Source: Paramicrosporidium saccamoebae KSL3
Lineage: Eukaryota > Fungi > Cryptomycota
DNA length: 10,508 bases
NCBI GenBank assembly: GCA_002794465.1
Contig: MTSL01000083.1
Location: 1 to 10,508, forward strand
Direction: 5' to 3'
Both the position numbers and the translations under genes were made by a program. Of this stretch, positions 1 through 6,655 are shown piece by piece; the stretch's first letter is position 1, and the number at the start of each line of letters is the position of its first letter. Under the pieces are notes generated by a model that had not been told where the DNA came from, did not search any database, and worked only from the letters and a program-made list of their open reading frames with translations.

Positions 1-64
1 CACCTCCACCTCCACCTCCACCTCCACCTCCACCTCCACCTCCACCTCCACCGCCTCCGCCGCC
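1..64 (-). repeat. Coding hexamer microsatellite (GGAGGT)n on the minus strand, encoding poly-glycine
   Basis: CACCTC is repeated perfectly over 1-52 on the + strand, with further Gly codons to position 64. In frame with the USP ORF it gives at least 21 consecutive Gly. Confidence 0.95.
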
Positions 65-1117
65 AGCTCCGCCTTCAGCAATTTTATCAAGGCCGTTTTC
101 TAGCATATAGGCAACGATCGTATCTGACGGTTCAACGTGAGCGGAAAAACCAGGAACCTTCCACTTGTCGACTTCATCGTCACGAACGTAAAAGAATAAA
201 TGTGCCTCTTGTCCGTGTTGTAGTACACTTGCCCGTGATTGCTTAGTTACAACGGCGTCATTAAACCAGTACCAACTATCGTCGTTATTTGCATCAGTCT
301 TGACAATGGCAGTAAAATGTACACCGTGATGCAAGACCACCCCATAGAGATGATACAACAGTCCATTGACCCGCATTGTTTCAGTATAGTGTGTCGTGTA
401 ATCTCGATAGGTGGTAGTAAACAGGTTAGTATCTGGGGTTCTCCAAGGGTGATTTGCCTCGATAACGAGGATCGGTCCGCTTCCGGTAATCATCTCGACC
501 AGCTCGCCCATTAGCTCCCGTTCTTCCGAACTCTTTTTCCTCTCAGTAATCTGGCTTGACAAATTTGCGAGAATGTATTCCAGATTTTGCTCAACGGGCA
601 TTTTAGGGTCGATAGTCACGGCAACATGTGCCTGTTCCGTTATCTTTATATCTGATGGAGGTGTACCATCATTGTAGGTCCTGTAGGTGGCAGTACTGAC
701 GTTAAATAATGCCTTGAATTCCTTGTATACCGGGTCCTCTAGATCTTGCACGTTCTCCGGAAAGTCGGACAAAAGTCGCGTTACAACACGCCTTGCCTCA
801 TCGATACCTCCATCCTTTTCAACGTCAAGGTTCCTGGCAAGGCATTCGTTGCGGTATTTATAGTAAAAATCCGTGCCAGACTGCATCACCGGACCCTTAC
901 AGTTTTGCATTCTGGCAAAATGTGCAGCAAGACTGAGTTCGACCGTGTGGTCCTTAAAGTCCTCCCGGCTCAAGAGGTTGCGTCGCAAGCTGGGCAGATA
1001 GAAGAAACATTGAAGGACAGAGTTGATATAGCAGTTGTTCTTATTGTTGGAAAGCCCGGGAAGATTGGCTCCTGACACAAATAGCACCAAAAAGGACAAT
1101 AGCAGGAGAAACTTCAT
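1..1117 (-). CDS. Signal-peptide-bearing ubiquitin-specific protease (USP / peptidase C19 family); 3' end runs off the window (at least 372 aa)
   Basis: Manual translation from the ATG at 1117 stays open to position 1 (not in the ORF track). It begins MKFLLLLSFLVLFVSGA (basic residue, hydrophobic core, small residues), followed at once by the Cys-box GLSNNKNNCYINSVLQ (C29, nt 1031-1033). The His-box is YHLYGVVLHHGVHFTAIVK (H267, nt 317-319), then WYWFNDAVV (N286/D287) and AHLFFYVR, ending in at least 21 Gly. Confidence 0.9.
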   Translation of the reverse strand, partial: MKFLLLLSFLVLFVSGANLPGLSNNKNNCYINSVLQCFFYLPSLRRNLLSREDFKDHTVELSLAAHFARMQNCKGPVMQSGTDFYYKYRNECLARNLDVEKDGGIDEARRVVTRLLSDFPENVQDLEDPVYKEFKALFNVSTATYRTYNDGTPPSDIKITEQAHVAVTIDPKMPVEQNLEYILANLSSQITERKKSSEERELMGELVEMITGSGPILVIEANHPWRTPDTNLFTTTYRDYTTHYTETMRVNGLLYHLYGVVLHHGVHFTAIVKTDANNDDSWYWFNDAVVTKQSRASVLQHGQEAHLFFYVRDDEVDKWKVPGFSAHVEPSDTIVAYMLENGLDKIAEGGAGGGGGGGGGGGGGGGGGGGGG

Positions 1118-1174
1118 AGTGGCGCTGGTTTGTCCCTGGCTTTTCCTCGTCCCGTGGGCCTGTTATCCACTGAC

Positions 1175-1246
1175 AGCCAATAAGGAACGGCAGTGTCTGC
1201 CACTGACCAATTAAAGCGCCCGATAATTTGCCGAATAAACCAATCA
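1175..1246 (-). promoter_or_regulatory. Three CCAAT boxes (candidate NF-Y/HAP sites) upstream of the USP gene
   Basis: AGCCAATAAG (CCAAT 1177-1181), GACCAATTAA (1207-1211) and AACCAATCAG (1240-1244), all in the same orientation, 30 and 33 bp apart, about 60-125 bp upstream of ATG 1117. Confidence 0.5.
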
Positions 1247-1290
1247 GGTGTGCTTGAGTTTACAAGAGATGAGCATCGAGTGTTGGGCCA

Positions 1291-1374
1291 TGAGTTGTGA
1301 ATTGTGAATTGTGAATTGTGAGCTGTGGACTGTGAGTTTTGAATTGTGAGTTGTGAACTGCAAGTTGTAAGCAG
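1291..1374. repeat. Degenerate 7-bp tandem repeat (consensus TGAATTG/TGAGTTG), about 10-12 copies
   Basis: tgagttg tgaattg tgaattg tgaattg tgagctg tggactg tgagttt tgaattg tgagttg tgaactg (1291-1360), then the decayed units caagttg taagcag. Confidence 0.92.
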
Positions 1375-1944
1375 CGAAGGATTTGACTTGGACGAGACGC
1401 ATGCAACAGTGGAGAGTCCAGCATTTCTGGAAAGCAGCACAAGTGCAGCCTGTAAAAGTCAATAAATAGCCAAATCAAAAATGTGAATGTAAAGTGATAA
1501 AATATTTAGCCGGATGTGGGGCACTTGTCCAAATATAAAATGGAGAGTCAGAGGTGAGGAGTGGAAAGATTGGCATAATGTCGGAGAGTCCATACCAGTT
1601 GATAATTCCCCGTCACCCATTTATATTGACATCGTGGTAATGTAGTACACCCGCCATATACTAGTAGTGTGCGTACTGATGGCCCCAATTTAGTAACTGA
1701 AAAGATAATGTTATATCTAACAATATACTACTCATTTTAGTACACGGCAGTTTTTCCCACGCCATATCCATGACATCTCGAACTATAGTTAAGTTGTTCG
1801 CCTCGTGGGTATGACTCCGCGCCCTACCAACCCTGGCAATTATGCTCCAAGTCACATCCGAAGAGGGCAACGGCTCTCCTTCTGAGACTGGTGCACCGCC
1901 AGAGGCACATACAAAACGAATTATAGAGTACCCTAGACTCCCTG

Positions 1945-3441
1945 ATGACTAACCAACATAGTGACCTCACCAGCCTCTCGACGCCCGATCGTAAGAAACG
2001 CAAGACGGACGAATCCCGGACGATCTATCTTGGCGGCGTCCCGCCCACCATCACTGCCACTGCCCTACTCAACCACATCCGCGGCGGCGCCATCCTTTCT
2101 CTCCGCTTTCTTACTGAACGCAGCTGCGCATTTGTCGACTTTGTGGACGCAAAAGGGGCAGCGTCGTTTTACGGAAGGGGAAGGAGGATGTGTGTGGGTG
2201 GGGTGGAGGTGAGGGTTGGCTGGGCCAAGACGAGTGCAGTTTCGCAAAATGTGGAGACGGCAATACGGAATGGCGCATCAAGAAATGTTTTTATAGGAAA
2301 TCTTGATATTGACGAGGGAGCCACGCCAGAGGAGGAGGAGCAGTTGAGTGCTGAACTCAAAGCCCAAGTCGAACGGTTTGGGCTGGTAGAGCATATTAAG
2401 GTGGTTCCTGAAAGACACTGTGCCTTTGTGCACTTGACCAGTGTCGCCGATGCTATGAAAGCCGTCAGTGTCATGAGCGGAGAGGAACAGTGGCAAGGAA
2501 AACGACTCGGATTCGGTCGGGATCGTTGTTCCAACGAACCCAGTAAAGCCAAAAATCGGGAAAATGAGAAAGAAGAAGGCCAACTCGACACTGTACAGGA
2601 GGAAGCGCCCAAAAGGCCAGAAGCGCCTCTTCGGACTATTTACTTGGGCAGAATGCCACCAGAGACAACTGCCGAGGACCTTTGCAATATTATCCGCGGA
2701 GGAGCTTTGGAAAAGATTCGCGTTACTCCCGAGAAGCAATGCGCTTTTGTCACTTTTCTTGAACCCATGGCTGCACAATCTTTCTTTGACTTTGCCACCC
2801 AAGCAGGCATCTGGATTCGCGGTAATCGTCTGAAGCCTGGTTGGGGGCAGGCCTCCAGTCTTCCTGCCGCTGTGACTGTGGCCCTCCGTCAGGGAGCAAC
2901 CCGCAACGTCTATCTTGGCAACATTAATCTGTCCAACTTGACGGAAGACGACTTGCGTCGCTCCTTCTCCGCCTACGGACCCATCGAAATGATCAATTTC
3001 CTCAGAAAAGAACGCGACGTTGTCTTTGTCAATTTTTGCCAACTCCTTGATGCCGTCAAGGCGGTGGAGGGCGTCCGCAAGGATCCTCTTTTCCAGAATT
3101 GTAACATTAGCTATGGAAGGGATCGGTGCGCCCAACCGCTCCGGACGATCCCCGAGCCGAGGGAATTTGTGCCCGTTTCTGATCATTATTACCATCCTTC
3201 CATGCTGCGTGGCGTTTTGCCAAGATATCCTCCTCATTATCCTGCGATGACCCATCCCCCTCTATATCCTTTACAATATCATCCCCCCAGTGCAAATCCA
3301 TACCATCCCTCGCCGTCCTATTCTCCCCCTTCACATCCCTATCCTTATCCCTATCCATACCATTCTTACCCTTATCCCCCTCCTGATCCTTATGATCCTA
3401 CATTTCCTACCTATCATCATCCATCATATCGCCCCCATTAA
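1945..3441 (+). CDS. MRN1: Four-RRM RNA-binding protein, Mrn1 (S. cerevisiae) / Nrd1 (S. pombe) type, with a Pro/Tyr/His-rich C-terminal tail
   Basis: Two tandem RRM pairs: RTIYLGG...IRGG...CAFVDF...VGW then RNVFIGNL...CAFVHL...LGFGRDRC; and RTIYLGR...LCNIIRGG...CAFVTF...LKPGWG then RNVYLGNI...VFVNF...ISYGRDRC. This motif pattern is characteristic of the Mrn1/Nrd1 family as I know it. There is an in-frame stop upstream at 1924-1926. Confidence 0.85.
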   Translation: MTNQHSDLTSLSTPDRKKRKTDESRTIYLGGVPPTITATALLNHIRGGAILSLRFLTERSCAFVDFVDAKGAASFYGRGRRMCVGGVEVRVGWAKTSAVSQNVETAIRNGASRNVFIGNLDIDEGATPEEEEQLSAELKAQVERFGLVEHIKVVPERHCAFVHLTSVADAMKAVSVMSGEEQWQGKRLGFGRDRCSNEPSKAKNRENEKEEGQLDTVQEEAPKRPEAPLRTIYLGRMPPETTAEDLCNIIRGGALEKIRVTPEKQCAFVTFLEPMAAQSFFDFATQAGIWIRGNRLKPGWGQASSLPAAVTVALRQGATRNVYLGNINLSNLTEDDLRRSFSAYGPIEMINFLRKERDVVFVNFCQLLDAVKAVEGVRKDPLFQNCNISYGRDRCAQPLRTIPEPREFVPVSDHYYHPSMLRGVLPRYPPHYPAMTHPPLYPLQYHPPSANPYHPSPSYSPPSHPYPYPYPYHSYPYPPPDPYDPTFPTYHHPSYRPH

Positions 3442-3694
3442 AGCTGAAATTGTATTTGTGGGTTGTACCATAAGTAAGCGCAGGTGTTGTGAATGGGTAA
3501 AAGTTTGTAAAGATTGGACTTGTGAATCAGTGATTAAAGAATCTTTACTACGACTTTTATTGATCGTAAACTGAGAGAGTATATATTTACGGATCAAAGC
3601 CGCTCAGTCACTACTATGAACCCACACCCGTACTCGAATCTCACAATTCCTTTCTTCTCATTGGCGGGCTAAACAATTACTCTTTCCCATTGCA

Positions 3695-4429
3695 ATGACA
3701 CTGGCAGGTTACTTGGCCGGCTTGACCACGCTTACGGCGAGTATCATGTTCCTTTTGCAACCCACCACAGTACCCGAGACGACTCCAAGTACTTCCTGGT
3801 GGGAATCCTTTTCTGAATGGGTATTGCACTCGCACCCTGCTCCTTCATATGCCAAGTTGCCACTCTTTGGCGTCGCTCCCGATGTCATTCTCCGCGCTCA
3901 ACATTCCTGGAGCGGCACAGGGTTCCATCTTCGGTACAAATTACAAGTGGAAATGCTGGGCGAGGCACCAGGATGTCTGTTGACGGCAAAATGGAGTGTT
4001 CCAAAGGACATGTTCGTAGACCAATGGTTGTTACACCGTGCAACTCTGGAGACTTGGCAAGTAGACGGAGATGTTGATCTGGAGGCGCCAGTATACTCTG
4101 ACGCCGCAAAATCATTTACTCTCCAGGCCACACGCCCTCTAGGCACATTGGTGTTATTAGAGATTCCCGATTTTGTTCTCCGCTACCAACAACCATCCTC
4201 GCTACGGAAGAGGTCGTCCAAAGTCTTCTTGCATCCTCCAAAGCTTGGATTGGAATGCCCCGAGGATGGAAAGGAGCTAGTGATCAAGGTGGAGGAGATT
4301 GGCAAGAATTTTAGACCGCTGGACGCCAGCGTGCCGGTAGCCCAGCCGCACCCAATCATTAGCTATGCCACTCTCACTACTGTAGTATCCTCTCTCTGCT
4401 ATCTCCTAGTTCAGCTATATAAATCCTAA
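3695..4429 (+). CDS. PIGX: PIG-X / Pbn1 family protein (GPI mannosyltransferase I accessory subunit)
   Basis: 244 aa. Motifs GFHLRY, VPKDMFVDQWLL, DLEAP, LRYQQP, PKLGLEC and VPVA, plus a C-terminal TM helix (IISYATLTTVVSSLCYLLV) and a hydrophobic N-terminus, match the PIG-X family pattern. Confidence 0.8.
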   Translation: MTLAGYLAGLTTLTASIMFLLQPTTVPETTPSTSWWESFSEWVLHSHPAPSYAKLPLFGVAPDVILRAQHSWSGTGFHLRYKLQVEMLGEAPGCLLTAKWSVPKDMFVDQWLLHRATLETWQVDGDVDLEAPVYSDAAKSFTLQATRPLGTLVLLEIPDFVLRYQQPSSLRKRSSKVFLHPPKLGLECPEDGKELVIKVEEIGKNFRPLDASVPVAQPHPIISYATLTTVVSSLCYLLVQLYKS

Positions 4430-4456
4430 CGATAAAAATCCTCCACTATAAACTGT

Positions 4457-4462
4457 AATAAA
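4457..4462 (+). promoter_or_regulatory. Candidate polyadenylation signal AATAAA for the PIG-X gene
   Basis: AATAAA lies 28 nt after the stop at 4429; the evidence is position only. Confidence 0.4.
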
Positions 4463-4614
4463 GGGCTTTTGCTGTAAACCTTACTTACACCCAGCCTACT
4501 CGGTAAAAGAGATTGTTAGTATCTATCCTATAGACCCCACAATGAAGGTCGGTTTCGATGACAACCAATCACAGGGCCGGGGGACTATAGCCAGGTGGCG
4601 TCTGTTCAACCGAC

Positions 4615-6387
4615 ATGCTGCGGTGGTTCAGTATCCGACGCATCTTTTTCTGGGTCGCACTGTTCACCGTCATTTTGGTTTCACTAGTCTGGACGGGGAA
4701 ACAGCTGGCTCGCGTTGGTGATGGACACAGGCATGGGCGCGCAGGAGCACGGAAGCACGATACAGTATTGGCTGCAAGAAAGGCCAAGCTGCGGATGAGC
4801 CAGCAGAACCGTGAGGAAGTAAAGGAACCCCCCACCAAAAATACGGCCCCAAAGGATACAGATATGCCGAAAAATGAAAAGAAAAGGACACTATCACTAA
4901 CTGACGGGGAGGAGCTGGAGGAGGCCAAGCCCGTCATAATCCCCCAGCGGACTCGTACAGCAATCGAGGCATCCTTTCTCAGACCATTCCAAATGAAACA
5001 CACTGACATTAAGGCTGCCTTTGAGCAATTTAAGAATACCACCAGGACCATGGAGTCTTATCTGTGGGATCAATACCGTATTGTTGCGCTTCCCGCATCC
5101 ATCAAGGATAAAAACGGGAAAAACCTGAGACCCATTACTCGCTTCACAAAGTCTATCATCCGCCATGTTTCCATCTTTTACGGAGAATATCTTATGCGTG
5201 GCGGCACAGAGACGAGGCATTTTGGCGTCCCCGTGTGTCGGGAGATTGGCCTGGGAGAGAGTGATGGCCATGGAGAGGGCCAAGATCGTGGTGAGAACGA
5301 AGAATATCAGACTAAGGAGCTGAGTAGACTTGCAGGCTCTCAGGGAGATTTATTCTTCAAAGAGGTTCCTTATACGGTGGGAGGGGTGCGTGGGCCGTTT
5401 TCTCTGAACGAAAAGGGCAATGTCCAATTGGTGTCAAAACATTTCAAGGTGAAGAATCCGCGCAAGGACGGCAAGAAGGAGCATGTCAGTCAAGAGGAGC
5501 GTGATGTAGCGTTTGCCAAACGCATCTTTGGAAGAGAACACTATGCTCTTAGTACAGTTGCCCATCGAGGCGTTATCCAGCCGGTATGTTACGAAAAGGA
5601 GCCCACATTGAGAATGATTTATCCTTTCCTAAAAGGCGGCGATCTGGTAACATTATCCAGTGACCATTTATCTTTCTACGCACCAGCAAAGCCACGGCAT
5701 ATCCTCAAGCCTGATGAAACCTTCCTGCCTCGATTCTTCCGTCAACTCGTCGAGACTATTTATGCCATCCACCAGCAGGGAATCCTCCATCTGGACCTGA
5801 AGCCTGAAAATTTTGTCATATCCGGCCCCGATCGTAATTTCATCCTTCCCTCAGACTCCCCCGCCCTCTCTGACTACAGTCTGGTGCTGCTGGACTTTGG
5901 CTTGGCCATGCGCCTAGATGAGGTAAAGGAGAAGGACTGCATCCATGTCGGCACTGACGTCACCATGGCACCCGAACAGCACATTTGCAGACCCGCGGGC
6001 CGTGGCTCGGATTGGTGGTCCGTGGCTGCCGGCATGTGGCGCACCCGCGTCTTCTGGGAGCCCTCCATTACTGACGACCAGCGAGACGAGATATTAGATT
6101 CACGGTGCGCCCAATGGGGTCATTATGTCTATCCCACGCAACCATTCTTCCATCCAGAATTTTCAGCCTTGATGGATCTCATGTTGAAGCCAAGAGTGGA
6201 TGATCGTGATTTTAGTGCTGATAGAAAGTCGCTAAACAAATTGTTGGATTCTCCCTATCTTCTTCGTGGACTGGATCCACAGGCTAGAAGGAAACGCATG
6301 GCAGAGTTGGCAGCTGCGCCCGCTAATACCACTGAAACTGAGAGTGTATATTATTCCACAGAATTCACAAAATCGCACACATATTAA
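4615..6387 (+). CDS. Divergent Ser/Thr-type protein kinase with an N-terminal signal anchor/TM helix
   Basis: N-terminus MLRWFSIRRIFFWVALFTVILVSLVWTG. Kinase motifs: alphaC-like REHYALSTVAHRGVI, hinge YPFLKGGDL, HLDLKPEN (H392-N399), DFG (D427), GTDVTMAPE (E454) and DWWS. Confidence 0.9.
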   Translation: MLRWFSIRRIFFWVALFTVILVSLVWTGKQLARVGDGHRHGRAGARKHDTVLAARKAKLRMSQQNREEVKEPPTKNTAPKDTDMPKNEKKRTLSLTDGEELEEAKPVIIPQRTRTAIEASFLRPFQMKHTDIKAAFEQFKNTTRTMESYLWDQYRIVALPASIKDKNGKNLRPITRFTKSIIRHVSIFYGEYLMRGGTETRHFGVPVCREIGLGESDGHGEGQDRGENEEYQTKELSRLAGSQGDLFFKEVPYTVGGVRGPFSLNEKGNVQLVSKHFKVKNPRKDGKKEHVSQEERDVAFAKRIFGREHYALSTVAHRGVIQPVCYEKEPTLRMIYPFLKGGDLVTLSSDHLSFYAPAKPRHILKPDETFLPRFFRQLVETIYAIHQQGILHLDLKPENFVISGPDRNFILPSDSPALSDYSLVLLDFGLAMRLDEVKEKDCIHVGTDVTMAPEQHICRPAGRGSDWWSVAAGMWRTRVFWEPSITDDQRDEILDSRCAQWGHYVYPTQPFFHPEFSALMDLMLKPRVDDRDFSADRKSLNKLLDSPYLLRGLDPQARRKRMAELAAAPANTTETESVYYSTEFTKSHTY

Positions 6388-6655
6388 TATATTTCATATT
6401 TGCCACTAGCATCTGGATCAATTAGTTGAGTGATATGTGGCGGATCAAACATGGTAAGGAGATTTAGAGGCGAGAAATGCAAGGATGGATCCCATGTCGG
6501 TGGGTTCGTACCGGCTAGCTGGTAATAAACAGTTCCCTGCCATCCATTTCTATAGACATCTCGGTCATGCTCCTCTCACGCATTTGATCGATCTCGACAA
6601 AACTTTCGTTGGTTCCCATTGGCGGATCTTGCGGTGAGATGGCCCATTTCATGCC

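Noticed and set aside
1-52. (CACCTC)n as a telomeric repeat at a contig end
   Set aside because: It is in frame with the USP ORF and grades into other Gly codons (GGC, GGA), which fits a coding poly-Gly tract better.
239-1075. Plus-strand ORFs 239..514 and 746..1075
   Set aside because: Antisense shadows of the minus-strand USP gene, with no recognisable motifs.
1114-1478. Three overlapping minus-strand ORFs with HNSQFTI repeats, or a CRISPR-like array
   Set aside because: All three arise from the stop-free 7-bp tandem repeat. There are no spacers or long direct repeats, and the context is eukaryotic.
1514-1645. 43-aa plus-strand ORF MWGTCPNIKWRVRGEEWKDW...
   Set aside because: Short, with no recognisable motif, and expected by chance in an 800-bp spacer.
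1770-1926. Upstream exon for the RRM gene (ATG 1770, donor GTATGA 1809, acceptor TAG 1926)
   Set aside because: Frame-compatible, but I see no branch point and the added peptide has no recognisable similarity. ATG 1945 already precedes RRM1.
2278-3255. 325-aa antisense ORF, plus other antisense ORFs inside the RRM, PIG-X, kinase, SNF5 and esterase genes
   Set aside because: Fully nested opposite well-supported genes and lacking motifs; typical shadow ORFs.
6496-6515. GGTTCGTACC hairpin resembling a tRNA T-arm or B-box
   Set aside because: No acceptor stem, D-arm or anticodon arm can be built around it, and the B-box match is incomplete.
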